DNA of 64,000 nt from an uncultured Verrucomicrobiae bacterium (GCA_963702845.1 OY969763.1:4064001-4128000), one strand, 5' to 3'; counted from the stretch's first letter, positions 1 to 10,985 are shown. The notes: generated from the sequence alone by a model not told the origin. Program-made: numbers and translations.

Positions 1-516
1 ATCCGGGCGGCGCTGACGGGAAGTGTGGACTTTGATCTCGGCAATTCGCCACGGGAGTTTACGTCCGAACGCGTTCGCGGGAAAAAAATTGTGATGACGA
101 CGACGAACGGGACGCGCGCGTTGCAATCCTGCAAACACGCCGCGCGGGTGTTCGCAGGTTCGTTTTTGAACCTGGCGGCGACGACGCGAGCGGTGCAACA
201 GATTGGAACGAAGAACTTGATTGTGATTTGCGCGGGGACGTTTGAGGAAGCGGCGTATGAGGACGCTTTAGCCGCAGGCGCGTTGTGTGATCTGGTCTGG
301 GGAACGTTCGAACCAGGCGCGACGGATGCAGCGCATATTGCGCGGGAAATTTATCTTAAGGCTAACGGAGATCTCATGGGGGCTTTTGTGCATTCGCGCA
401 ATGCGCGACGTCTGTTAAGCAGGGTTGAACTGAGCCAAGATGTGGCATTTTGCGCGCAGAGGGACACGGTTGATTTAGTAGCGGAATTGAAGGAGGGTGC
501 CGTACGACGCGTCTAA
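1..516 (+). CDS. comB: 2-phosphosulfolactate phosphatase (ComB family), 5' end outside the window
   Basis: FDLGNSPRE, MTTTNGTRAL and ED.L.AG motifs; frame is open from position 1. Confidence 0.85.
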   Translation: MRAALTGSVDFDLGNSPREFTSERVRGKKIVMTTTNGTRALQSCKHAARVFAGSFLNLAATTRAVQQIGTKNLIVICAGTFEEAAYEDALAAGALCDLVWGTFEPGATDAAHIAREIYLKANGDLMGAFVHSRNARRLLSRVELSQDVAFCAQRDTVDLVAELKEGAVRRV

Positions 517-568
517 GTTGCTGGTTTGGACTTTACAGAACTGGCGTTGATTGGCAACGTCGATTGAG

Positions 569-620
569 AGGGACGAGTTGTTCGACTCAGGGACTACACA
601 CAGTCGCGCAACTCGTCCCC
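569..620. repeat. Intergenic palindrome (GGGACGAGTTG...CAACTCGTCCC), REP-like
   Basis: 11-bp perfect inverted repeat between comB and pfk. Confidence 0.55.
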
Positions 621-654
621 CGCACTAGTTTCGGGAGACCATACCCAACAACCT

Positions 655-1926
655 ATGCCAGAACTAAAAGGTAATTTATTAGTCGCCCAATCAGGCGGTC
701 CCACATCAGTCATTAACGCCAGCGTTGCCGGTGTCGTGCAGGAAGCAAAGAAGTATCCCGCGATCCAGGAAATTTATGGTGGGTTGAACGGCATTCTCGG
801 CGTGCTCAAGGAACAGATTATCGATTTGCGCCAGGAATCGCCGCTGACAATTGAAGCGTTGAAGCACACACCCGCTGCGGCGTTGGGCACCTGCCGTTAC
901 AAGATCGATTTCAAGAAGAAGCCCGAGCAAGCGGCCAAGGACATGGAGCGTTTGTTCGAACTCTTCAAAGCGCAGAACATTCGCTATTTCTTTTACATCG
1001 GCGGCAATGACTCGCAGGACACGGCGCATAAGATTCATTTGGAATCGCAAAAACACGGCCATGAAATGCGCGTGATCGGCGTGCCCAAGACGATCGACAA
1101 CGATTTGCCGCACACGGACCATTGCCCCGGCTTCGGGTCGGTCGCGAAGTACAACGCCTGCACGGTGATGGAAGTCGCCACGGACGTCAGCAGCATGGCA
1201 ACCGATGACGGCGCTTGCTGCATCATTGAAGTGATGGGACGCAGCGCCGGCTGGATCGCGGCTAGTGCGATCCTGGCGAAACGCAAAGCGGATGACGCTC
1301 CGCACATTATCTTGCTGCCGGAAATCCCATTCGACGAAGAGAAGTTTTTGGCGAAGGTGCGCGAAACTGTTGAACGTATCCGTTATTGCATCGTGATCGT
1401 TGGCGAAGGATTACGACGGGCGGACGGAACGGAATTCAGCGCGGACAAGTCGCGTTTGGATGCGTTCGGTCACCCGGTGCTCTCTGGCGCCGGTGAGTTG
1501 CTCGAGGAATTGATCCACGGAAAACTCGGCACGAAGACCCGCTCGGTGAAGCTCGGCTACGCCCAGCGTTGCGCGGAACATTTTGCGAGCGCGACCGATT
1601 CTGAAGAAGCGGCGGCGTGCGGTGCGGCGGCAGTTCGCGCGGCAGTCGAAGGAACCAGCGGGTTCATGGTGAAGATCGTGCGCACGAGCAGCCAGCCTTA
1701 CAAGTGGACCACCGGCCTGCAACCATTGGGCGATATCGCGAACGTGGAACATCTAATTCCACGCGACTGGATCAGCCCCGATGGTTTCCTGCCGAACGAA
1801 AAGTTCGTGGAATACGCGCGTCCTTTGATCGATGGCGAAGTGAAGGTGCCGATGGAAAACGGATTACCTGTGTTCGCTGTGCTCGACAAGAAGCGCATTG
1901 AACGCAAGTTGCAACGGCGCGGCTAA
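655..1926 (+). CDS. pfkA: 6-phosphofructokinase (PfkA family, probably PPi-dependent type)
   Basis: QSGGPTSVIN, IGGNDS, PKTIDND and EVMGR motifs. Confidence 0.9.
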   Translation: MPELKGNLLVAQSGGPTSVINASVAGVVQEAKKYPAIQEIYGGLNGILGVLKEQIIDLRQESPLTIEALKHTPAAALGTCRYKIDFKKKPEQAAKDMERLFELFKAQNIRYFFYIGGNDSQDTAHKIHLESQKHGHEMRVIGVPKTIDNDLPHTDHCPGFGSVAKYNACTVMEVATDVSSMATDDGACCIIEVMGRSAGWIAASAILAKRKADDAPHIILLPEIPFDEEKFLAKVRETVERIRYCIVIVGEGLRRADGTEFSADKSRLDAFGHPVLSGAGELLEELIHGKLGTKTRSVKLGYAQRCAEHFASATDSEEAAACGAAAVRAAVEGTSGFMVKIVRTSSQPYKWTTGLQPLGDIANVEHLIPRDWISPDGFLPNEKFVEYARPLIDGEVKVPMENGLPVFAVLDKKRIERKLQRRG

Positions 1927-1952
1927 GCAGTTGGATACTGCCTGATCTTCCT

Positions 1953-1979
1953 GCCCTCTCCTCCGATGGAGGAGAGGGC
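1953..1979. repeat. REP-like hairpin GCCCTCTCCTCC-GAT-GGAGGAGAGGGC
   Basis: 12-bp perfect stem downstream of pfk. Confidence 0.6.
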
Positions 1980-2035
1980 GAAACCAAACCACTTGCCAAC
2001 AGCCGCACCTTACGGCTTACTTTGCGCTCGGTTAA

Positions 2036-3829
<1,794 letters not shown>

Positions 3830-4002
3830 TTCTCCGATTGGCCGTAAGGCGAAGCGGTCTGAACTCGAGAATATCTTGGATGCTGACCTTCGCGACGAAA
3901 AACCGGGAATACAGCTGGCCGTCTTTTACAAAGAAAGATTCAGCGCAGGATTAAAGAAATTGATTCGGGAAAAGAACGCGGCATCAACGCGCTGAAGGAG
4001 AT

Positions 4003-4532
4003 GTGACCGATATGACACCGGATGAATTCTGGCTGGCTATCAACGAAGCTCGTAACCACGCTACAACGGACACCAAGATTCCTTCACTCTTAGAAGCACA
4101 ATTAGCTAAGGAATCACTTGCACACATCGTATCATTTGAGGAACAGCTTCATGCACGCTTTAATGAGGCTTATGATGCAAAACTCTGGGTTGCTGCTGGG
4201 GTGATTCTCGGAAATTGCAGTGACGACTCGTTCACAGATTTCAGGGGCTGGTTAATTGCTCAAGGTCGAGATGTGTTTCTCGCAGCTGTTCGATATCGGA
4301 CACGCTCGCGAACATCGTCCGTTTCACTGGTGACGATGGCGCTCCAAGATTATTTTATCTTTGTTACACGCCAACTCGTGTTTACCGCCAAAAGCTCGGC
4401 AATAAATTTGCTGATATTCCAATTCCTTATATCCGACCGCAGTTGCGCAATTCAGAAGTTCGCAACTGGGATGACCAGCAGATTCAGAGGTCACTTCCGA
4501 GGCTATCGGCACGATTCCGTGGTTTAAAATAA
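4003..4532 (+). CDS. DUF4240-family protein with a 1-bp frameshift near 4297
   Basis: N-terminal EFW.AI and SDDSFTDFRGWLIAQGR motifs; shifted frame continues (P)DTLAN...LPRLSARF to TAA at 4530-4532. Confidence 0.7.
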
Positions 4533-4560
4533 AAAGCGGCGACCTTTCGACCGCCGCTTT
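4533..4560. terminator. Hairpin terminator between convergent genes
   Basis: AAAGCGGCG-acctttcgac-CGCCGCTTT with flanking A/T tracts. Confidence 0.6.
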
Positions 4561-4583
4561 CGTTTCTAAACTTTTCTTCCGAA

Positions 4584-5708
4584 TTAGCCTTGGGCCTTGT
4601 CCCATTCGAGGCACTTCGCGATCACGAAATCGACTTCGTTTTCGGTCAGCTCGGGGAACATCGGGAGCGACACGCAGGATGCGGCGTTCTTTTCCGCGTT
4701 CGTGAGCGAGCCCGCGATGCGCGCGCCTTTGCCCCACGGATAGCCAGCTTGCTGGTGAATCGCGATGGAGTAGTGCGTCTTCGCGTCAACGGCAGCGTCG
4801 TTGAGGAATTTAACGAATGCGTCGCGCTTGGCCGGGACGACAGTTTCGACGACGTAAAGATGGAACACGTGGCGATAACCAGGCGTTTCGTAAGGCAAGG
4901 TGAAGTTCTTCGCGCCTTTGAGGCCTGCGGTGTAACGCGCGGCGAGTTTGCGGCGGTTGTCGTTCCACTGGTCGATGTGCTTGAGCTTGGCGCTCAGGAC
5001 ACCGGCGTGAATGTCGTCGAGACGGCTGTTGAAACCGTAGCTGTGAACGTTACGGGCGTTGGAGCCGTGGCTGCGCAACTTGCGAACCGTGGTGTCCATG
5101 TCGGCATTGTTCGTAACGAGCGCACCGCCGTCACCGAAGGTGCCGAGGTTCTTTTGAATGATGAAGCTGGTCGCAGTCGCATCGCTCAATTCGCCGATTT
5201 TGAAACCGTCGCCGGCTGCGCCAATGGCCTGGGCGTTGTCTTCGATGACAAACAACTTATGCTTGTCGGCGATTTTGCGGATGGCCTTCATGTCAGCGCA
5301 TTGGCCGTAAAGGTGAACAGGCACGATGGCCTTGGTCTTCGGCGTGATGGCCGCTTCGATTTTCGCGGGGTCAATGCACTTGGTCTTGGGATCGCAATCA
5401 ACCAAGACGGCAGTCGCACCGGCGATCCAGATGGCTTCGGCAGTGGCGAAGAAAGTATTGGCGTTGGTGATGCATTCGTCACCAGCTCCGATGCCGAGGG
5501 CCATGAGCGCGAGCCAGATTGCATCCGTGCCGTTGCCGACGCCGATGGCGTATTTGGTGCCGCTGTAGGCGGCGAATTCGCCTTCAAAGCGCTTGAGCAT
5601 GGGCCCGAGCACGTAATTGCCACTCTGGATTACCTCAGCAATGTTCGCATCAATTTGGGTTTTGATGTTGTTGTATTGGCGGACATGTCCGTAAAAATCG
5701 ACTTTCAT
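4584..5708 (-). CDS. DegT/DnrJ/EryC1/StrS family PLP-dependent aminotransferase
   Basis: GNGTDA, IVPVHLYGQ, IEDNAQA, KNLGTFGDGG and NSRLDDIHA motifs; start taken at MKVDFY. Confidence 0.9.
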   Translation of the reverse strand: MKVDFYGHVRQYNNIKTQIDANIAEVIQSGNYVLGPMLKRFEGEFAAYSGTKYAIGVGNGTDAIWLALMALGIGAGDECITNANTFFATAEAIWIAGATAVLVDCDPKTKCIDPAKIEAAITPKTKAIVPVHLYGQCADMKAIRKIADKHKLFVIEDNAQAIGAAGDGFKIGELSDATATSFIIQKNLGTFGDGGALVTNNADMDTTVRKLRSHGSNARNVHSYGFNSRLDDIHAGVLSAKLKHIDQWNDNRRKLAARYTAGLKGAKNFTLPYETPGYRHVFHLYVVETVVPAKRDAFVKFLNDAAVDAKTHYSIAIHQQAGYPWGKGARIAGSLTNAEKNAASCVSLPMFPELTENEVDFVIAKCLEWDKAQG

Positions 5709-5791
5709 GGGGGGCAAACGTAAACTCACCGGCAAGCTGCGACAAGCGCTTTTTTGGTGTAATACAGGCCAATATTGACCACGGTCATCGC

Positions 5792-6337
5792 ATGGAACTG
5801 CCACCACACAAACCGATCTGGATGATTCGAGAGAATCTCGACGGATTCCCGCAGTTTCCCCTGACCCAACCGTTTTCAATTCGATGGTATAAAGATGGCG
5901 ACCGCGCGGTGTGGGAAGAGATCCAAAAGCGATGTGAATTCGATCCGCGGCCATTCCCGACCGACCTGTTTGACCGCGGTTACGGAGCGGATCCGGAAGC
6001 GCTTCCCCAACGGCTGTTTTTCCTGCTGGATGAACGGAAGAATCCAATCGGAACCGCCACCGCATGGCTGGACGAAACCTTTGATGGCAAACGTTACGGC
6101 CGGATTCATTGGGTTGCCATCGTCCAGGAATATCAGGGGCGCGGTTTGGCGAAGCCGCTGATGTCAATCGTTTGCTCACGATTGCGCGAACTGGGGCATC
6201 AACGCGCGTGCCTCCGAACCTCGACCGGCCGAATCCCCGCGATCAACCTATATAAGAAGTTCGGTTTCGTTCCCCTGATTCGAAACGCCGAGGAAGAAGC
6301 TGATTGGAATTTGGTTCCGGTGAAGTTTGGGCATTGA
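5792..6337 (+). CDS. GNAT family N-acetyltransferase
   Basis: VAIVQEYQGRGLA acetyl-CoA motif and AINLYKKFGF. Confidence 0.85.
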   Translation: MELPPHKPIWMIRENLDGFPQFPLTQPFSIRWYKDGDRAVWEEIQKRCEFDPRPFPTDLFDRGYGADPEALPQRLFFLLDERKNPIGTATAWLDETFDGKRYGRIHWVAIVQEYQGRGLAKPLMSIVCSRLRELGHQRACLRTSTGRIPAINLYKKFGFVPLIRNAEEEADWNLVPVKFGH

Positions 6338-6350
6338 GTTGCGCCATGAG

Positions 6351-6443
6351 TGTCTCTGTCTCCTGTCTCCGCTGCCCCAGAGCCGGAGACAAAACAAAAT
6401 TTGTCTCCGCCTTCAGCCCTCGGAGACAAGAGACACGGAGACA
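6351..6443 (+). repeat. GAGACA element copy R1 (~93-bp quasi-palindrome)
   Basis: 3xTGTCTC - 14 bp - GGAGACA - 10 bp AT-rich - TGTCTCC - 13 bp - 3xGAGACA. Confidence 0.9.
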
Positions 6444-6591
6444 AAAATTACGATTGCACAGCACTGTGTGCCGCAACTACGCTCCTTCGATAAACACAAC
6501 ACCAATAAAACAGTGAAAGTTTTCCTCCTTTAACGTTCACTTATGAACTTAGCCGGAAAGAAGGAGTATATAATAATATAGTTCAGGCATT

Positions 6592-7020
6592 ATGAAGTTC
6601 TTCGCCTTTACGTGCTTGTTAATAATGGTGGTTGCATCCTGTTCAAAGGAGCCACGAAATGCCCCGCCCAAAGGAACTTTTGGCATTTCGGTCGATATTT
6701 CGGACCAAACTGCGCCTGTGCCGGTGTTATTTTTGGACGACTTTTTGTTGAAGCGCTCGTTCTCCAAGGCTGGCGGACTTTTCGACAATCGTCATGTGCT
6801 GCGAGGCATGTCATACGAGACCTCGCTAGGGGCTTCAGTTATCGTCAGCGTTGGTGAAGGGCCAAAGTTAAAGGTAGTGACTATAACCGGCGCCTTACGG
6901 AGGGACTCTAAAGATGACCTGGAAACGCTTAGGCCGGACCTCGAAGGAGAATTGCGAAGTCGGTTCCCAGGCAGAAAGATAAATTCATGGACAAATTCGC
7001 CGAACCAGAGCGCTCCAGCG
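6592..7020 (+). CDS. Hypothetical lipoprotein; gene-cassette ORF interrupted by IS110 (original frame resumes at 8678-8767)
   Basis: Signal peptide with lipobox VASC; AT-richer than its flanks; joining 7020 to 8678 gives an in-frame ...PNQSAPA-DGGTTL...QAAD* through the attC. Confidence 0.65.
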
Positions 7021-7219
7021 CCTATGAGGTTTGTCAATACGTAGTGTGCGTCGATGATAGTTTTTTTGGGGTTGATCGCGCGGAGCGCAGTGGAACGAAG
7101 CGCAGTCGCGCGCGGCAGGCGGTTGGACATTGGTTCAATCCGCACCTGTTGTTCTTCTCGAGTCTCCGCTTATCTGTTCCTCTTCAAAGTTCCTTTCTTA
7201 TTTCTCTCAAAGCAGGTTG

Positions 7220-7440
7220 CGTGAAGTTTGCTGCATCGGTGTCGCCGCGTTTTGTGTGTCGGGAGTTTGTCCCGCACCAGCTCCTATCCGGACAGTTGAG
7301 ATAAGACTCAACGCCCACTGTGTCTTACTTGCCTGACTGCGGCGACCGGGGAGTCCGCCCCTTCTAACGGACGGATGAACGCAAGGTTCACCAGCTGAAG
7401 CTACGGACTGGACTCGCCCGATCGCAAATTGTTTCACGCT
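7220..7440 (-). ncRNA. Putative bridge/seek RNA of the IS110 element (boundaries approximate)
   Basis: CCGUCCG (7374-7368) matches the target junction and AUAGGAG (7287-7281) matches the circle junction; each is followed by a hairpin. Confidence 0.6.
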
Positions 7441-7482
7441 CTTAACTCTGGAGGTTCTACTCACGAAAAAATTAAATGTGGT

Positions 7483-8634
7483 TCACACGCCGACCCAGCC
7501 GAGGTCTGCCATGGTGCAACGGCCGGTTCGCCAGCGCCAGAGGTCCACGGCCAGTTGCCGGGCAAGGGCAATGACAGTTTTCTTCTTCATGGCCGTGCCG
7601 GCGGCAAGTTTGGTTTTCATTTTAAGTGCGGCCTTCCACCCCGGTTGCCACATCAGAAAACGCCAGACCGCTTCCACCAGGATCGCTCTGACTCGTCCGT
7701 TGCCCATGCGATCGATGCTGCCGACGCGCCGTTTGCCTCCTGAACTGTGTTCGCCCGGGCAACATCCGGTGTAGCTGCCAATCTGTTTGCGATTGTGGAA
7801 GCGCTGCCAGTCGCACACTTCGCCTTCCAGTGTCACAAGAGTGATCTCGCCAAGGCCCTTGGGCCGTGGTTGTTCTTTGACCCGCGCAATCAGTTCCTCT
7901 TCCAGTTCCTGCCGTTGTGTCTCCATGGCGACGAGGACCTCGCGGAGCTTTTCGAGAACACTGAGCAGCCACGGATCGAGGGTGGAAAGTTTTTTCCAGT
8001 TGCGCGCTCCCCACCAGCGATGGGGCAGTTTGACGTGGCTGTATTCGGCGGCTTGGCCGTGACCGCGATTGGCGAGCATGCGAATGGCTTTGTTGAGGAA
8101 CTGTCTTCGTCGCGTGCCTTCGCGCTGGCGCTGCTCTTTGTCCGAAGGAATGCGGATGGGTGCAAGTTCGTTGATGTTGCCATCAACCCAGCGAGAGAGG
8201 CGCAGGCAAAGAGCGCGCGCGTCCAGCTTGTCGGTCTTGCGCTGGCCGTTGAGGGCAATCGGCGTGATCAAAAAACTTTGCGCACCGGCGGCGACCAGTT
8301 CGCGATGGAGCACGAAGCCGAACCCACAGCTTTCCTGCACGCAGAAAACTTGCAGGCCTTCGCTGGTCCACTTCTGAACCTGGGCGATGAGTTGCTCACG
8401 GCTGAATTTGCGTGGCGCTTGGGGTGAAGCGTGATCACGTTGGGCTACCGCCATGATGAACTCCAGATGCACGTCCAGGCCAAGCTTGAGAGCCGGTTTG
8501 CCGGCAAGCAGCACAGGACGTGGCAAAGGCTGGCGCGGCGGCACGTTTGCCAGCTTGCCCGCGGCAGGCACGCTGGTTAGGGTTGGGACTGTCATGTGGG
8601 GTTTGAGTAAATATGTTTTCATTTTCAAAAACAT
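7483..8634 (-). CDS. IS110 family transposase/recombinase
   Basis: DEDD residues in GLDVH, QES and KTDKLDA; C-terminal SYTG..P.EHSSG...GN..VR..LVEA and ALARQL motifs. Confidence 0.95.
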   Translation of the reverse strand: MFLKMKTYLLKPHMTVPTLTSVPAAGKLANVPPRQPLPRPVLLAGKPALKLGLDVHLEFIMAVAQRDHASPQAPRKFSREQLIAQVQKWTSEGLQVFCVQESCGFGFVLHRELVAAGAQSFLITPIALNGQRKTDKLDARALCLRLSRWVDGNINELAPIRIPSDKEQRQREGTRRRQFLNKAIRMLANRGHGQAAEYSHVKLPHRWWGARNWKKLSTLDPWLLSVLEKLREVLVAMETQRQELEEELIARVKEQPRPKGLGEITLVTLEGEVCDWQRFHNRKQIGSYTGCCPGEHSSGGKRRVGSIDRMGNGRVRAILVEAVWRFLMWQPGWKAALKMKTKLAAGTAMKKKTVIALARQLAVDLWRWRTGRCTMADLGWVGV

Positions 8635-8772
8635 CGTGACCCCGTGTGGGGCTGCGACTCAACCCTTCATGACATCTGACGGCGGGACGACGCTGCGTTT
8701 ACCATCCACGAGTCAGTGGCCCGCCGCCGCTGACCTTATCGTTCGGCAGTGCCAGGCGGCGGATTGATCATC

Positions 8773-8865
8773 TGTCTCTTGTCTCCTGTCTCCGGTGCCC
8801 CGAGCCGGAGACAAAACAGAATTTGTCTCCGCCGTAAGCCTCCGGAGACAGGAGACACGGAGACA
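8773..8865 (+). repeat. GAGACA element copy R2
   Basis: Same architecture and orientation as R1; spacers of 13, 10 and 13 bp. Confidence 0.9.
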
Positions 8866-8869
8866 AACG

Positions 8870-9133
8870 TCAATTGCGCCAATTCCCTGTAAAAACTGTG
8901 TCGGCGTTATTCCGGCGAAGTTCAGCCAGGAGTTTCTCAGCGGCGGACGCTCCGCTCTGGTAAAGCTCGTGGGACGGTTGCTCATTCGGTTCGTGCGGGT
9001 TGTCGTCGCGACTGGAGCTGTGGCCTAACACGACGACGTCGTGAAAGGCGGAGAAATAGTCGTAAATGACATCCGCGCTAAATTGCTTTTCCAAAGCGCT
9101 CGCGATGCGCTCTAAATGTTCTTTGTTGTTCAT
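8870..9133 (-). CDS. Hypothetical protein (87 aa) between R2 and R3
   Basis: ORF fills the inter-repeat interval and its stop lies next to R2; no motif recognised. Confidence 0.55.
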   Translation of the reverse strand: MNNKEHLERIASALEKQFSADVIYDYFSAFHDVVVLGHSSSRDDNPHEPNEQPSHELYQSGASAAEKLLAELRRNNADTVFTGNWRN

Positions 9134-9191
9134 AGTCTTGGGTGCTTTCTAAGTTCTTAGCTTCTGTTCGTAATTGGTTAATCGTTAAAGT

Positions 9192-9284
9192 TGTCTCTGT
9201 GTCTCCTGTCTCCAAGGGCGCGAAGCCGGAGACAAATTTATTTTGTCTCCACCCTTTGGGGCCGGAGACAGGAGACAAGAGACA
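9192..9284 (-). repeat. GAGACA element copy R3, inverted relative to R1/R2, 2 bp after the helicase stop codon
   Basis: Reverse complement reads TGTCTCT TGTCTCC TGTCTCC-13-GGAGACA-9-TGTCTCC-14-GGAGACA GGAGACAC AGAGACA. Confidence 0.9.
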
Positions 9285-9286
9285 AC

Positions 9287-10833
9287 TCAACAGGCCAGGT
9301 AAACCTCGTCGGCGTCGTTGAACCGGATGTGGCCGGAGTCTTCGGCGCGTTTGATGAAACGATACGCACTGGTGCGAATACACCCGGACTCGGCCATGAT
9401 CGCCTTGGCCAAATCGGCCTTGGCTTGCGGCGTCGCACAGAGGTCGCGCACGCGTTGCGGGGCCACCATCCCTTCTACCGGTTTGGAATCGGCCAATTGG
9501 GTCTGCCATTCGTTCCAGTCAAACTCCCCATCCACTTCATAGATCATCCGTTCAGTGTCTAAACGGGCGGCAAAACGCGGGAATTCCTTCCCGTTGTTGT
9601 TCTTGCCGCAACTGACAATGAGCGAGCCGTTGTCCTCCGCCGACCCGAGCGCGATGTTGATCTGCGCGCGCGTCCAGGCGTGCAAGACCTTGGAATTGCG
9701 ACCGTAACTGGCGCGTTCGAACCCAACGGCTTTGCCCACGCCCGCTTTGCCGGTCAAGGCATGGTGCAGGACGACGATGGCACGTTGCGGATTTTCCGCG
9801 CCCGCGACGCGGCTCAAAAATTGCAACGACCGGCGCATTTCGGCGTCGTTGTTCAAGTCGCCGTTGGCAATGTTGTAGAGCGCATCGATGGCAACGATGT
9901 CCGGCGCGTGTTGCGCGATCGCTCGCTTCATGCCAGCCACGGCTGTCGTTGCTTCCAACGAGAGGAAGCTATCCTCCTCGGTTTCGAGCGTGTGAATGAG
10001 CAGTTGTTCGCAGACGGTTTTCCAGCCTTCCTCGCCCGTCCACGCGCGCAAATGTTCCAGGTCGGCGCGCAGGCGGCGATTGGAATTTTCCGCCTGCAAG
10101 ATCAACCAGCGCTTGCCCTGGGCGCGCGTCGGCAGGCCAAGGAAATCGCGGCCAATGATGCAAGCCGCCGCCAATTGCAACAACAAGCGGCTCTTGCCGA
10201 TGCCACCGGGCCCGAGAATGGTCGTGCTCTGGCCAGCGGCGATCAAGCGGTCGCCCATGTAACAATCGGTCTCATCAAAGGACATGGCGAGGATTTCATC
10301 CGGCCGGCGCATGGTCAGAGTGGAGGCTTTGTTTTCACGCGCGAACTCCAGCACACGTTCCAGATCGTCGCAACCGAATCGAGCGGTTCCAACGGATCAT
10401 GGGCACAAGCCTGGACACAGGCAGCGTGCCTGATCACCTGGCGACGTTTGCGCAACTCGTGCAGTTGTTGGACATATTGCTCAAAGGGCCCGTTCATAAA
10501 GTCGGGCAATCCCATTAGATATCCCAGGTCCCCCGCCTCCTGCAGTTTGCCTTCGTCCCTGGCGCGCTGGCTGACCGTCATCAGATCGGGCAACAACTTG
10601 TCGCGCATCACCGCTTTAATCAGCTTAAAGATGGTTTGGTGACGCAGGACGTAGAACGATTGGGCGTTGATGCCAAGTCGCTCGATGTCCTGCGCCACCT
10701 CTTTCGGCCAATAAAGGATTTTCCCCAACACCGTCGCCTCGATCTCCTCGCTGTGCGGCGGCACTTTTTCCACCGGGAGCGCAGCCCCGACGCGTCGCGC
10801 AGGGCTAACGTAATCTTCAATTATAGGTTCCAT
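9287..10833 (-). CDS. Helicase-like protein: DnaB N-terminal domain + AAA_25/RepA-type ATPase + possible C-terminal winged helix; one frameshift near 10370 (~515 aa when joined)
   Basis: PPHSEEIEATVLG...FY..RHQTIF...PDLMTV (DnaB-N); GPGGIGKS Walker A; IVAID Walker B; VVLHH; adding one base joins DSVA to DLERVLEFAREN. Confidence 0.8.
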
Positions 10834-10985
10834 AATGTTCCTTTCCTAAGTAGTTCAACGGACAGCGTCATGCCGCCCGCACCGGCCAACAATGGCCAGC
10901 ACGTCAATCCTGATAGTGAAGCTACGGCCGTGTCAATACTAACTTAATCAGAATGAAGCGAAATAGTCAGAATGGGAGGGGAGGC

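Larger units (their letters stand above)
7021..8677 (-). mobile_element. IS110-family (IS1111-type) insertion sequence, 1657 bp, no target duplication
   Basis: Transposase plus a 462-bp downstream non-coding region; imperfect subterminal IRs ATGAAGGGTTG/CAAACCTCAT set 7 nt and 3 nt inside the ends; TTGACA near the right end; removal restores the attC and the ORF frame. Confidence 0.9.
6999..8747 (+). other. Integron attC site (92 bp when reconstructed: 6999-7020 plus 8678-8747), split by IS110
   Basis: Outer GCCGAAC/GTTCGGC boxes; GCT(C)CAGCGG(A)CGGCGGG pairs with CCCGCCGCCGCTGACC leaving two extrahelical bases, as in canonical attC. Confidence 0.75.

Noticed and set aside
3830..3995. Short ORF fragment between carB and the DUF4240 gene
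   Set aside because: No independent start or recognisable motif; it may be a gene remnant but cannot be supported.
5709..6179. N-terminal extension of the aminotransferase (likewise 45901-46395 for apgM and 26099-26419 for yqgE)
   Set aside because: The extensions overlap genuine neighbouring genes; family homology begins at later ATGs.
10350..10385. Programmed frameshift in the helicase gene
   Set aside because: No slippery heptamer or homopolymer is visible, and similar 1-bp indels occur in many unrelated genes.
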